Below, piece after piece: positions 28,480 through 43,396 of a DNA stretch of 64,000 nt. Position numbers and translations under genes: made by a program. Numbering within the stretch: the first letter of the stretch is position 1; each line of letters begins with the position of its first letter. This stretch comes from Eledone cirrhosa (taxonomy: Eukaryota), in the NCBI GenBank assembly GCA_964016885.1, contig OZ024749.1:37324001-37388000 (forward strand). The letters run 5' to 3'. The notes beneath the pieces were generated by a model. That model was not told the DNA's origin. It made no database searches and saw only the letters and a list, made by a program, of their open reading frames with translations.

Positions 28480-28908
28480 TGTATATGTGTATATGTATAT
28501 ATATATATGTATATATGTATATATATATATATATATGAATATGTCATTTATTTTGTCTGACATGTTTAGCTTGACTTGTTTTTTTGGCTTAGGTGGTTTA
28601 TGGCTTCTTGACCGCCTTCTCAGTTTCTATGACCTTTATAACCTATATTTGTTGGTCTGGTCTTTTAGCCTGTGGGGCGCTTGCCAGCATGAATCGGAAT
28701 TTGCGTTACGTTTCGCTATTTCTACCCGCAGAAATGCGATTCTCGCTGAATTTATATTTGTATATATATATATAGGAGGGTTATATTCGTATATATATAT
28801 ATATATACATATATATATGGTCGGACGAAACGGCTGTCGGCAATAAACTTGTTATAATGTCATAATAGTTCCTTTGTTCTTTTTCACTTATATATATATA
28901 TATTATTT

Positions 28909-29104
28909 CGTGTAGCTGAGTGGTTAGAGAATTGGATTCACAATCTAGAGGTTGTGAGTTCGATTCCTGGACCGTGCGATGCCTTATGTCCTTGAGCAAG
29001 ACACTTTATTTCACGTTGCTCCTTCTACCTGGAGTTGCGACCGAATGATAGTATTAGTAACTGGAAAGACCAACGGAAAGATTGCTGACGCGGTCCGATT
29101 TGAC
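28909..29104 (+). mobile_element. SINE family F
   Basis: Homologous to 10841-11036. Confidence 0.85.
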
Positions 29105-29119
29105 TGTCACCACACAATA

Positions 29120-29158
29120 TGAACCTGAAGATTGCGAAAGCATGAAAGTACTTGTTCA
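29120..29158 (+). ncRNA. Minimal 39-nt type I hammerhead ribozyme
   Basis: UGAAC-CUGAAGA-U-UGC(gaaa)GCA-U-GAAA-GUAC-UU-GUUCA. Stem I is 5 bp, stem II is GNRA-capped, stem III is the palindrome AAGUACUU, and positions 10.1/11.1 are U.U. Confidence 0.8.
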
Positions 29159-29270
29159 ATTAACACTTAACATTTAATATTCTATCATACTATTTCATTA
29201 TAATACCATTATAATTTTTAAAGGATTGTAAATAAAACGAGTAAATCAGACAAGGTTGGAATTCCTCTTA

Positions 29271-29322
<52 letters not shown>

Positions 29323-29613
29323 GAGAGAGAGAGGATCGATGGTCATATATATATATATATATATGCAAATGGGTGGGTGTTATTATTTTTCACTAATTCA
29401 GTAAACTTTATAGATGCTGGCCGATTATACATACACGTACATACACACCCATACATACAGGCATATATTCGTTTTAGATTTTTCATTTGAGAAAAGTGAG
29501 AATACATTTAGATATGTGTCTAGTCGATATTTCCTTCAAAAAGAAATAATCACAGAAATTCCATTTTTGTTATTCTGGCTGTCATTAGTCTCATATCATC
29601 ATTATTATTACTA

Positions 29614-30354
29614 TGTCCGAGATGCGCGCAGGGCGACGAAACCGTCCTGCACGCACTCGTCCAGTGTCCGAAAATTTCTGACTTGTGGGTTTATGTCGAA
29701 CACCTGCTGTCGCGTTTAGGACGGATCCAGCTATCATCTGAGTCCATCGTGAGGATTGCCCCGCCCTCCTCCTTTAGCCGGGAAGGGCAGGCAGTTTTTA
29801 TCTGTCTGGTGGCCATGGCGAAAGAGATAGTATGGTGGACACGTTTGAAAGGGCTGAAGACGAGCACTTACCTCTTCGGTGACGCTCTGATTGACTTTTT
29901 CAAATTTCATTTGAAAAGGAAAATCAGAGTAGAGAGGGAAGTGCTCTCTTCCCAGCATTTTGTTGAAAGATGGGTGAGAGAAGCAAGAATGGCCCGAGTG
30001 AATGGGCCTACTCTGAGTATATATCTGTAAATTAAAGGTGGAAAACTGGGAGAGGGCACTTGCCTTGGTGGTCAGGGTCATTGTGGCTTTTTACTGGGCT
30101 TTCTCCACAAATGTCCCTCCGAAGTCTCCCCCCTATTGGGGAATTTTTCATTGTTACTTTCATTGTTATTTTTTGTTACATCCTCTGTTTTTGTTTTTTA
30201 CACGCAGAAATGCCCATTTGTACCGTCCTGCATTGTCCTGCACTGTCCTTAATGTCTACTTTACACGCAGAAATGCCCATTTGTACCGTCCTGTATTGTC
30301 CTGTACTGTCCTTAATGTCTACTTTATGTGAACCCTTGTGGTTAATAAAGAAAA
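29614..30354 (+). mobile_element. 5'-truncated L1/Tx1-type LINE (ORF2 end 29614-30030 plus 3'UTR)
   Basis: Open frame CPRCAQGDETVLHALVQC (CCHC knuckle)...AKEIVWWTR...FVERW. AATAAA near 30343; 15-bp TSD cattattattactat (29600-29614, 30355-30369); 63-bp tandem duplication in the UTR. Confidence 0.85.
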
Positions 30355-30826
30355 CATTATTATTACTATTATTATTACTATTATTATTATTATAATTATT
30401 ATTGTTTTTGTTGTTGTTGTTTCATTATGTTCCTCGTTTGAAAAAAATGTGAAAATGTCTAGTAATTCTCTCTATTCAGTATGAACTTCTATCGCAAAGT
30501 CTTTCTCTCACTCAGCCACAACAACAACAACAACAACTACAATGGCAACACACCCAAATACACTTTCCTCTTCCTCCCCCCTCCCCTTCCTCCTCATATG
30601 TTCGCACCTGCTCCCCAGAAGGCATTGCACGTATTCTTTCGTCTACGTTGACTAATTTAACATCCGGGCTTCCAATGGTTCTTGGCAATTTTAAATAATA
30701 ATATAAATAATAATTATTCTTTCTCTTCTTATCTCCGTAATTACAAACCGTTTTTTTTTTATTTTTTTTACGAAGATCCAAATAGTTTTGAATACATGTC
30801 ATGCCAACGTAGATTGTTGATATGTG

Positions 30827-30901
<75 letters not shown>

Positions 30902-31039
30902 TCACGTGTATGTATCACTGTGTACATAAGGTCTAGTGTTAATACTTATGTTCTTATGTTGGAAAGTAGCGTGATACAGTGATCAATTCAGAGAGGTGTC
31001 CACACACACACACATATATATATATATACATATATATAT

Positions 31040-31103
<64 letters not shown>

Positions 31104-31231
31104 GTTATTGAGTGCTTCGTGCAAATCCGAATTTTTGTTCTATCGCTGAGTTTGGCGGACCTTCACAACTTCGATTTTACTAATCTTCCAATCGTATATA
31201 TATATATATATATATATATTGTGTGTGGAGC

Positions 31232-31350
<119 letters not shown>

Positions 31351-31465
31351 TTCGTGATTGCGATTGTGATGGCATTTCTATCATGATGTCATGATGTCAT
31401 GTTGTGAGCTAAATAATATCTGGATGCCTGTTGTGACACACAGTTACAAGTCTAACTGTATATCC

Positions 31466-31510
<45 letters not shown>

Positions 31511-32342
31511 AGCATCTGTTCTCTATGCTAGTTGATCTTATTGTTAATTATCCACAGGTCAATGATCTTATCGAGCAGGCTTTTGGATACCAAACCACCT
31601 GAAACCATCACTGACTCTATAATACAAAAGTTTATTTTAATGTGTTTATATTTAAGAAAAACACTCCATTATAATTTTATTTAAGAACTTTTATTATGAT
31701 ATGTTCCAAACACTTTCGTTATATTGCTAAATCGCTTAAAATGCTGTATTTGAAATATGTCATTAAAATAAAATAGCGTAGGTGTTAAAATGTTTATGTT
31801 ATAAGAAACATTCCACAATGACTCTATATACGAAACTTTGTTATGTTTCAAACACCAGCTTAATAACGAACAATCTTGATTATTTTCAACAGTATTTGAA
31901 CATCGTAGTGTTTTTCATTAGAAATAAGGTAATGTAAGTGTCAAAGTACTCCGAGAGGGATTATTCTGTTTACCGAACTATGTTTTCTGGTTAAGACAGT
32001 AGTTGATGATAGGTTACTATTTCTAGCAAGTCGGCAGTGAAAGAGATATACTTTACCTTACTTATGTCGGTTTGTCTGGCTGTCTGTCTGTGTCTTCATT
32101 GTACTTTCACTTTCGATTGGAAAACCCCTGAGAAGAGACTGAGCATAACAAAATGTCTCTCTTTATTCCTTTCTATTTACGGACTCATAAACACCCTACA
32201 TGTATATTATATGCAAGAATGTAGATAAATATATTATTTCTACTTACACGAACGCTATAAGTCAAACTAAATCTATGTATGGCCTGCTGTATGTATATAT
32301 GTATGCATGCATGATTCTTCTATGCATCTGTGTGTGTGTGTG

Positions 32343-32383
<41 letters not shown>

Positions 32384-33049
32384 GTCTGCTGTATGTGTCC
32401 TTAATCGTAGACCAAATTGTCTTCGCAAATTAAAATTCAATTAAATATTTGAGCAAATCACAATTCAGTTTCACTTTTCCTTCAACAACAACAATAATGA
32501 TGATAATACTAATAATAATTTAAACAAAAAAAATCAAAATTAAAATTCAGGATAAAAATATAGTTTTAAGTTATTTAAAATCATTTAAACTTTAAAAGTC
32601 GTTACAGAAAATTATATTTAAAAGCAAATGAAAAACCAAATAATACAAATAATTTGATTTAATAATAAAAAAAAAGGCCACAAATTTTCAATACAGTTTG
32701 TCTGTTGCATTAATCTATATGACGAAAGAAAACTGTTATACGCAGCAGCTGTACAAGTCGCCATCTTGTTTTCTTTGTCTTTGTATATTATTATTATTAT
32801 TATTATTATTATTGCCGATGATTTGCGTAGAAAATACTGTATTTTCTACTCCTCTGCGTATGTAGATGATTGCATGTATTTCTCTCTCACTCTCTCTGTA
32901 TATATATACATATTTATATATATATATATATACATGTATGTGTATGCATATATATATACGTATGTATATGCATATATATATACATAAATATATATATATA
33001 TATGCATATATATATACATAAATATATATATATATATACACATATATAT

Positions 33050-33095
<46 letters not shown>

Positions 33096-33202
33096 ATACA
33101 TACGTATATATAAATAACACACACACATAATAATTTGGACAGTTCAACCTCGTGTCGTTCTCTCTCTCTATATATATATGTATATATATATATGTGTGTG
33201 TG

Positions 33203-33233
<31 letters not shown>

Positions 33234-33250
33234 ATATGTGTGTGTGTATG

Positions 33251-33295
<45 letters not shown>

Positions 33296-33585
33296 ATGTA
33301 TATATGTATATGTATATATATATATGTATATATATATATATGTGTATATGTGTGTGTATGTATATATGTATATGTATATATATATGTATATATATATATA
33401 TATGTGTGTGTGTATGTGTGTATGTATATATGTATATATATGTGTATATAAATATATTACACAGAGAGAAGTGTGTTAGTGTTACACAGTGAGATGTGTG
33501 TAAATAATTATTACATGTGGGTTTAACCGTTACTGTATGGAAAACAACATCTACAGGTTAGCATATATATATATATATATATATT

Positions 33586-33785
33586 TTTATTAAAATAACA
33601 GATTAAAGTTTAAGCAAAGAATCGCTGCTTTCACCCTTAACGGGATCTTCTGAAAGGGTGAAAGCAGCGATTATTTGCTTAAACTTTAATCTGTTATTTC
33701 AATAAATATTTGCTCTCAGTTCTTATATATTTGATATATATTTATCCTTATCGAGCCCTCTTTGGATTCTAGTCTTCAAATTTAT
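33586..33785 (+). mobile_element. Fold-back element; tail copy at 59120-59205 (-)
   Basis: 53-bp arms at 33586-33638 and 33654-33706; tail ttatccttatcgagccctctttggatt is shared with the 59120-59205 copy. Confidence 0.7.
33609..33655 (-). ncRNA. Degenerate hammerhead ribozyme in a fold-back element
   Basis: Minus strand reads UUU-CAGAAGA-U-CCC(guuaa)GGG-U-GAAA-GCA(9 nt)UGC-UU-AAA; one core substitution (U4A). Confidence 0.55.
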
Positions 33786-33817
33786 TATTATTACTATATA
33801 TATATATATACATACTG

Positions 33818-33872
<55 letters not shown>

Positions 33873-34114
33873 CTGCTGTATATATATACATACTGGTATA
33901 TATATACTGCTGCATATAAATTTAATATATACATGCATATGGACGAATGTTCGTCTTTATGCATGTGCAGTATGTAAAAATCTGATTGGATGGGAATTTC
34001 ATGTCGTTCCATAAACCTCGTCAGGCACTTACAATCACCAGGTTAAAACTTTGACACCTATATAAAGGAATATTCATCATAGTGTCAAAATCACCATAAT
34101 CTCTATCTATGTGT

Positions 34115-34166
<52 letters not shown>

Positions 34167-34901
34167 CATAAGGGCGGCGCTGCGGAGTTGCAAATGGGTT
34201 ACATATGAAAAAAGTTTGTCCTTCATCAGTGATCTTCCAACCATCATATGCATTTCATCGCTTTAAAGACCACATACCTCCGGTTGGTGCGAGCAACGGC
34301 TAAAAAAAGACGTTGGGACACGTAAATAAAGGGGACGCGAGGGTAAACAAACAAAATGGTGAAGCAACAGAATATATATATATAATATTTATACGCACAC
34401 ACACACACACACATATATATATACATATATAATATTTATATTTATACACATATTTATATTTATACACATATTTATATATATATATATATAAAATAATATA
34501 TGTGTGTGTATATGTATGTATATACAGAGAAATATATGTGTGTGATTATATGTATATAATGTGCGTATGCGACTTGTATTTACATTGTTTTATCTGGGCG
34601 TATCTAACTATCATATAATGTCATATTGCTTTATAGTAACCGGATAGTGTTTCTTGGCAGTGACTTTTTGCTTTGGCCAGGTGAGCACAAACCCACCACC
34701 TCCTCCTTCGACCTTCTCTTCTCCTTCCTCCTTCGACCCCCTTCCACCTAGTCCTTCTCCCTTTGTCCTTACTTTACTCACCTCCATCTCCTCCTCTTTT
34801 ATACTCCTTCCTTCTTCATTCTAAGCGGTGAGAGTAAGTAGAGTCTTCGATATTATTGACATATAAAAATAATGGTTTCTGATTTAGGCACAATGACATT
34901 A

Positions 34902-34994
34902 GTGACGTAGCGGAAGTGACGTGTGATAGAGCTATTACAACAGTCAATTGGTTACGGTGGTGGTGTTGTAGGAATGAATCGGCCCACCGGAAGT
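34902..34994. promoter_or_regulatory. Candidate promoter cluster: CRE-ETS-CRE plus second ETS
   Basis: GTGACGTAGCGGAAGTGACGTG and CCGGAAGT in non-repetitive DNA. Confidence 0.4.
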
Positions 34995-35111
34995 CGATCA
35001 TTTTCCATTCTTTCAATCGCATTTATTATTATTATTATTATTATTTGCATTTATCTTGCTTTATGTTTATACGAGTTATCACCAAGTCACAACCAGTGAC
35101 CTCAAGAGACA

Positions 35112-35160
<49 letters not shown>

Positions 35161-35819
35161 GTTATTATCATTAGTAATAGTAGTAGTATCAATTTTACCT
35201 TACTATTATTATTAGTAGTAATAATATTATTATTATCATTATGATATTATCATTGATATCAGGTGTACTTTTTGCTTCATTTTATTCTCTTTTTGTTGTT
35301 TTTCCTTTACGTTTCCTTGTTTTTGAAAAATGTCACGAAACTGTTTAAAATCAATGTTTCCAGTTGTCAACATAAAACGACGAAGGATCAGGTACGGAAA
35401 AGCCTGGAGATATTTAAAACTCTAGTCAGTTATTATTGTCGTGTCTCTGTCTCTGCTATAAAGTGCAATATTTTCCCCTAGTCTTCCATAAATAAGGAAA
35501 ACCTCTTGTTGCTCCCTTTACAAAGAAAGGACATTTATAGTCGAATGAATGCTGGTATTTACAAAGGCTCTGTTTCTTTATTGGTTTGGTGTTGTTTGCT
35601 TTATTTATTTGTTGTCGGTGTTTTAGGTACTGTTGTTGTAGTTGGTCCCATCAGTGGTGAAGGGCATGGCAGTCTTGGGTTGACTAGAGGGAGTGGAGGA
35701 GCAGGGGTAGTGTTTGTTAGACTGAGTTGTTGGCGGCTTTCAATGGAAGAATGAAGAGATATTTGATAGAGTTTGCGCAAGAATATTCTACACACAAACA
35801 CACACACAATATGTGGATG

Positions 35820-35857
35820 TGTATATATATATATATACATGTATATATGTATATGTG

Positions 35858-35930
<73 letters not shown>

Positions 35931-36291
35931 GTGTGTATATATGTGTATATATATGTATATGTATGTATATATATATATGTGTATATGTATGTATATATAT
36001 ATATATGTATATATGTATATATATATATATGTATATATGTATATATATATATATGTATATGTATATATATATATGTATATGTATATATATGTATGTATAT
36101 ATATATATATGTATGTATATATATGTATATATATGTATGTATATGTATATATATGTATATGTATATATATATGTATATGTATATATATATATATGTATAT
36201 GTATATATATATATATGTATATGTATATATATATGTATATGTATATATGTATATGTATATATATATGTATATGTATATATATATATATGTG

Positions 36292-36335
<44 letters not shown>

Positions 36336-37570
36336 AATATATGTATATATATATATATGTATTTATATATATATGAATATGTATATGTATATATATGTAT
36401 GTATATATATATATATGTATATAAATATATATATGTATGTATATATATATACATGTATATAAATAAATGTATATATATATGTATATATAAATAAATGTAT
36501 ATATATATATGTATATATAATTATATGTATATATATATATATGTATATATAATTATATGTATATATATGTAATATATATGTAATATATAATTATATGTAT
36601 ATATATGTATATATATATATATATATGTATATATAATTATATGTATATATATATGTATATATAATTATATGTATATATATGTATATATATATATATGTAT
36701 ATATAATTATATGTATATATATGTATGCATATATATATGTATATATAATTATATGTATATATATGTATATATAATTATATGTATATATATGTATATATAT
36801 ATATGTATGTATATGTATATATATGTATATATATATGTATATGTATGTATATGTATATATATGTATATATATATGTATATATATGTATGTATATATATGT
36901 ATATATATATGTATGTATATATATGTATATATATATGTATATATGTATATGTATATATATATATATACATATATATATATGTATATATGTATATATATAT
37001 ATATATATACATATATGTATATATGTATATATGTATGTATGTATATATATGTATATATGTATATATATATGTATGTATATATATGTATATATGTATATAT
37101 ATATGTATATATATATGTATATATGTATATGTATATGTATGTATATATATGTATACATATATGTATATATATGTATACATATATGTATATATATATGTAT
37201 GTATATATATGTATACATATATGTATATATATGTATGTATACATATATGTATATATATATGTATGTATATATATGTATACATATATGTATATATATGTAT
37301 GTATATATATGTATACATATATGTATATGTATGTATATATATGTATACATATATGTATATATATGTATGTATATATATGTATACATATATGTATATATAT
37401 GTATGTATATATATGTATATATATGTATATATATGTGTATATGTATATGTATATATATATGTATGTATATATATGTATATATATGTATATACATGTGTAT
37501 ATGTATATGTATATATATATATGTATGTATATATATGCATGTATATATATGTATGTATATATACGTATAT

Positions 37571-37610
<40 letters not shown>

Positions 37611-37620
37611 GTGTATATGT
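35820..37620. repeat. Compound (TA)/(TATG) microsatellite, representative of many long tracts
   Basis: Similar tracts at 15890-16715, 24620-25530, 27730-28540, 38235-39270, 53184-53920 and 57130-58095. Confidence 0.95.
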
Positions 37621-37623
37621 ATG

Positions 37624-38233
37624 TGTCAGGTCACCAGTTGGTTCTACTGGTAACATGTATCCCAGTACAACCTGTCTCATGGTCGGGTCGTTGGCGACTA
37701 AACTGGCAACCCCACCAAGGTCTCTTGGTGAGGAGGGTGACTTTGGACATCCTGCAGGACTAAAAACAAAACCTGTCAAAGGGCAAAGGAGCTCTTAAGA
37801 GTCAATGGCCATCCAAAATCACCGGGAGAGATGACCCCTTAGCCTTTGTCAAGGCAGAATTCTAGGAGAAGGAAAACTCTGATATAACACCTGCAACCCT
37901 GATGGTATCCAATGATGTTGACTTGTTCTTCTTTTTGGTAAATATCATCTTGGTTAAGGGAGTGGGACTGGCTTTGTGCAGTGCCTTTGCTCACTATAAA
38001 AGCTTCACGGCACAGGCATTGCTTTATATCTGGAGATCTTTCTGCACTTGTCGTTACATGGTACCATGGGCCCAGCACTATGTGTCAATGATTGTCACAG
38101 GTGTAGTGTTTGTACCAGAGTTTTCAAGTAGCTGGCTGGACTAAAAAGTCATATTCGTTCAGTGCATCGGTAGGGGTTCTCCTAGATGGATATAAAGTAT
38201 TGGCCGTACTCGAAAACGAGTTGGCAGCCACCA
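37624..38233 (+). mobile_element. ~610-bp non-coding element resembling an RTE 5'UTR
   Basis: Inverted copy at 51040-51650 has the same two boundaries; aaactggcaacc and ctaggagaaggaaaactctgat motifs; no convincing ORF. Confidence 0.7.
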
Positions 38234-38529
38234 TATGTATGTATATATATGTATATATGTATATATATATGTATATATATGTATGTATATGTATATATGT
38301 ATGTATATGTATATATGTATGTATATATATATATATGTATGTATATATATGTATATATATATGTATGTATATATGTATGTATATATGTAAGTATATATGT
38401 ATGTATATATATGTATATATATATGTATATATATGTATATATATATCTATATATATATGTATATATATATATGTATATATATGTATATTTATGTATATAT
38501 ATATGTATATTTATGTATATATATATATG

Positions 38530-38574
<45 letters not shown>

Positions 38575-38595
38575 GTATATATATATATGTATATA

Positions 38596-38640
<45 letters not shown>

Positions 38641-38671
38641 GTATATATATATATGTATATATATATATATG

Positions 38672-38716
<45 letters not shown>

Positions 38717-38747
38717 GTATATATATATATGTATATATATATATATG

Positions 38748-38834
<87 letters not shown>

Positions 38835-39117
38835 GTATATATGTATATATATATGTATATATATATGTATATATATGTATATATGTATATATATATGTAT
38901 ATATATATATATGTATATATGTATATATATATGTATATATATATATGTATATATATATATGTATATATGTATATATATATGTATATATATATATATGTAT
39001 ATATGTATATATATATGTATATATATATATATATGTATATATGTATATATATATGTATATATATATATATGTATATATGTATATATATATGTATATATAT
39101 ATATATATATATGTATG

Positions 39118-39162
<45 letters not shown>

Positions 39163-39219
39163 ATATATATATGTATGTATATATATATATATATGTATGT
39201 ATATATATATATATATAAG

Positions 39220-39253
<34 letters not shown>

Positions 39254-39804
39254 TGTATATAATATATGTATATTTAAATATTGCGTATTTATGTATGTGA
39301 GCAATATAGAGAGTGTCAAATAGAGCTACGGAGAGAGGCAGATAGTAACAGAGAGAGGCGAGCGTGGAAACGATCGTGGATACAGAGAGAGAGAGAGGGG
39401 GGGGGGAGAAGGAGTTTGTGATAAAAATGGCCTATAAAAGCAAACAATAGGAGAAACGAAGGATATCGTCCATATTGCTTCCTCTTCCGTTGTTGCCGTT
39501 GAAGTGAAGAAGAAGATATCATATAATAGCAAAATGATAAACAACCGGATGCTAAAAGACTAATTCAATAGCAGACGTCCTCGCTCTCCTACAATAAACT
39601 ACAATATCTTACTTTATTTATGCAGTCAGTATTCGCTATTTAGTCTTCGTTCGTTTACGCCTTTCATTTTACAACCATTTCCTTTTAATCTGTCGTCGAC
39701 ACACAAAAAGCAGCCATTTTGTTTTTCTTATTTTTCCTCTGCTTCGTCTTCTTCGGCGAAATCATGTCGAAATCAAAAAGTAATATCGTATCGAGATATG
39801 ATTT

Positions 39805-39848
<44 letters not shown>

Positions 39849-40118
39849 TTCAGTTGTTTTATATTTTTAACCATTTTTAGATCCGTGTTTGGCTTGAAGC
39901 AATGTAGTTTTGGCTATGTTGAAACATCCCTATCTCTCCATCCCCTCCACCTCTCCTCTCACAGGAACTGTGCAGAGCGGTGCAGTACACACAGTACACA
40001 CGAGGAAGATAATGTCACAATAGTAGGGTTGTACATGTGTGAAAATATCTATTGCATTGTGCAACAAAATTTCATTTACACACGTACAGACATTACATGT
40101 ACACATATTCATATAAAC

Positions 40119-40121
<3 letters not shown>

Positions 40122-40150
<29 letters not shown>

Positions 40151-40478
40151 TTATTTTACGTCCGCTTTTCCCTGCTTGCAAGGGTGGGACGGAAACTGAT
40201 TCTGGCTTGATTTCTACAGCTGGATGCCCTGCCTAACACCAACCTCATTTTACAGTGAGTGCTGGGTGCTTTATTGCCGTGGCACCTCCACGACCAGTTT
40301 ACAGTGGAATGATATGGACCCCAGTCCCTATCATCTCATTTCTAAAGCTGAGTAAACTGGGAGCAATGTGAAATAAAGTGTCTTGCTCAAGGAAACAACA
40401 CATCACCCGGTCTGAGAATTGAACTCACAACCTTTCGATTGCATGGCCAATGCTCTAACCACTAAGCCATGTGCCTCC
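40122..40478 (-). mobile_element. SINE family H (CORE-like head, (ATG)n tail)
   Basis: Minus strand carries TGGCTTAGTGG and GAGTTCAATTC boxes, ccttgagcaagacactt, ggtgttaggcagggcatccagctgtagaaa and an (ATG)n tail. Other copies: 45062-45421, 4956-5190 (truncated), 60419-60468 (+ tail). Confidence 0.85.
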
Positions 40479-40890
40479 ATATATATATATATATATATTA
40501 ATTGGTGGAAAGACGTAGCGACATCATCGACCCCAGAAACATAAAAGGCAGGGTTGACCCCAACAGGCTTTGAACCAAGAACGTAAAGAGCAAGAACAAT
40601 CTATCTGTAGAGATTTCGTCCGATGCTGTAATGGTTCTCCAATTTACCCCAGAAAAGACGATTTCAGATTTTGTACTATAAAATCCTCATTAAAATAACA
40701 CACGTTATTATAAATATTTGAATTCATAAGCCACCTGAGACCATATTAAAGCTACTTAGAAATGATGAAACAACACAAAGACTGCATCTTTACTGTATAG
40801 TTCCACGACAATCTGTTTACTAGGAAAATTAGTCTAAACATTTGAATAAACAAACCCATTTTTGTTACAGCCATCATACTTCACACTTTC

Positions 40891-40946
<56 letters not shown>

Positions 40947-41286
40947 TCATATATATATATAATATATATACGTACACACATATACCGAGTCCATTTCCTA
41001 CCGAATCAATTAAATATTTATGTCTGTATATATAACTATAATAATATAACATCAACTGTACTTACAGCGCAGTGATGCAGCGCCTGGATGAATTATTGAC
41101 CTAAAACATATATAATACTGTTTGTTGACATAGCAACTCTAGTAGACAGTTGTTCTACACAGAATATGATTAGTGTAATAACGGACACCCTGTATAGTTT
41201 ATTCTAAGCCAGTCATATATAGTTCATTGATAAAATATCAATATAGAATTACATTTTACTACAGTAAACTTTCAAAACCTGTCAGT

Positions 41287-41882
41287 TTAACCTTTTTGCT
41301 TCCAAGCCGTCTGACACCACTCCTGTTTCTGCGATAACAAAACTGGCTATTTAAATATGTTATCGTTATCTAAAAACCTTTCATCATATCTTTATACAAG
41401 AACCTTTGTTAAGTTATGTTCTTAACAACAGCTATATAATGTGAAAGTGAAATTGCGAAATTCTTCCCAATTTTTAAAGATTATTTTCATGATTAATGGA
41501 AACACATTTATTGCATTTAATAATATTTTCTTCCTTAGGAATACTATAGTATTTCTGTGTTGGTTCTATAACTAAGTATCTATTGGTAGTAATGTTCTCT
41601 AAAATGTCGTCCGCCGCTTTGATCCCGGCCGACAGGATGGAGAATACCTCGCCCTAGAGGATGGCGAGGGAGACACGTTGAAACCGTCATCTCACCCAGC
41701 AGGCAGACAACTTCGTTGAGCAGGGATGTGGTCCGGGGGACTAGAACGCCAAAAAGCTCTACTGCAACAGGCTCTACCACAAACATATCCGAGAGCGGCA
41801 GATACATGGACAGTTTGCCTTCTTCGGCCTGGTCGGCAATTGTCAATGTATTTCATTAGGAATATAGAAACGAAAGAGTTAA
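41287..41882. mobile_element. TTAA-flanked MITE relic (piggyBac-like) interrupted by the CRE fragment
   Basis: TTAA-cctttttgcttcc ... gaaacgaaagag-TTAA. Related relics start at 17739, ~31580 and 41879. Confidence 0.5.
41580..41846 (-). pseudogene. CRE-like non-LTR retrotransposon, restriction-like endonuclease C-terminus (duplicate at 46529-46795)
   Basis: AEEGKLSMY.PL...EPVAVELFG....TTSLLNEV, then frameshifted FQRVSLAIL*GEVFSIL; resembles the CRE-type PVAVET.G...QR.S.AIQRGN motif. Confidence 0.7.
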
Positions 41883-42361
41883 CTACTTGATATCAACCCG
41901 CTTAAAGCCACCCACAGTCTCAATACCACAACACTGCTCACTTTAAAGTGTTTATTCTTATATTAAAACCTTTATTCATATTTTCATATAAGAACCTTTG
42001 ATAAGTTATGCTTCAATCTAATCTAATCTAATCTGGCCGAGTTTACACTCGCAAATAAGAAGAACCAGGGCCGCCCGTAGGTGTACTTCATTGTATTTGA
42101 TGTATTTGATATTTGTTTCGGTTGTTGAATACAATCAGGATTGTTGCTTCTCCTGAAGGTCAATAGTTCTCTTCTAACTCGAGCGGGAGCACCTTTCCAT
42201 TGCTTCAAACACCTGCTTAATAACGAGAAAGCTATATTACTAAATTTAGCCAAGCAGTTTCTGTCATTAGAAAAGGTTAAAAACATATGAACTATAAAGA
42301 TCTCTGGCCCAGTTTCGGCAGATTTTTTAAATATGTCATGGTTGAGATCTTTAGACATGTG

Positions 42362-42532
42362 TACTCATACCGTAGTTCTGAGGGAGATTCAGAATGATAC
42401 TGTTAAATTAGATATAAAACTCATATTTTCCAGGAGAGTGGACTGGAGGAAGGTGAAATAAAATGTCTTGCTCAAAGACACATCACACACCCTTACAATC
42501 GTCAGCCGAACACTCTAACAACTAAGCCATAC
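42362..42532 (-). mobile_element. Old CORE-like SINE with a third tail type (duplicate at 47308-47478)
   Basis: gtgaaataaaatgtcttgctcaaagacac...ctctaacaactaagcca. Confidence 0.6.
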
Positions 42533-42542
42533 GTTGTCACCT

Positions 42543-42615
<73 letters not shown>

Positions 42616-42758
42616 TGTAGGGGTGTAAGCAGTAGGATCTGTAGTAGTATATGCAACAATATTACATATAGTAGTAGCAGTGGTGGAAGCAGTAGTAGTA
42701 ATGCCAGTGGTGGTGCTGGTCTTGGTCGTGGAAGTACTACTACAGTGGTGTTGGTGGA

Positions 42759-42789
<31 letters not shown>

Positions 42790-42931
42790 ATAATAATAAT
42801 AATAATAATAGTAAGAAGAAGAAGAAGAATAGTAGTAGTGGTGGTGTTGGTATTGGTCGTGGAAGTCCTACTACAGTGGTGTTAGTGGAAGAAGTACTAC
42901 TGCTACTACTGATACTAGTAGTAATAGTAGT

Positions 42932-43145
42932 AGAATTTTCTCAACCAGTAGAGCAACAGTACAGTTTAAATATCCATTTAGAGTGGACATAATTTCAATG
43001 ACACTCACCATAACTACTACTACTACTATTACTACCACTACTACTAGTAGTAGTAGTAGTAGTAGTAGAATTTTCTGAACCAGTAGAGCACCAGTAGTTT
43101 AAATATCCATTTAGAGTGGACATAATTTCAATGACACTCACCATA

Positions 43146-43191
<46 letters not shown>

Positions 43192-43317
43192 TTACTACTA
43201 CTACTACCACTACCACTACCACTACTACTACTACTAGTAGAATTTTATGAACCAGTAGAGCACCAGTAGTTTAAATATCCATTTAGAGTGGACAGAATTT
43301 CAATGACATTCACCATA

Positions 43318-43396
<79 letters not shown>

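Noticed and set aside
33960-34030. CUGACGA...GAAA on the minus strand
   Set aside because: Stems II and III do not form convincingly.
37839-38144. ORFs shared by the two 610-bp copies
   Set aside because: They are short, overlap on both strands, have no domain, and are explained by recent common ancestry.
42016-42358. 111-aa minus-strand ORF ending in (TTAGA)n
   Set aside because: Possibly a decayed LINE 3' end, but the similarity is too weak to call and it is not supportable as a gene.
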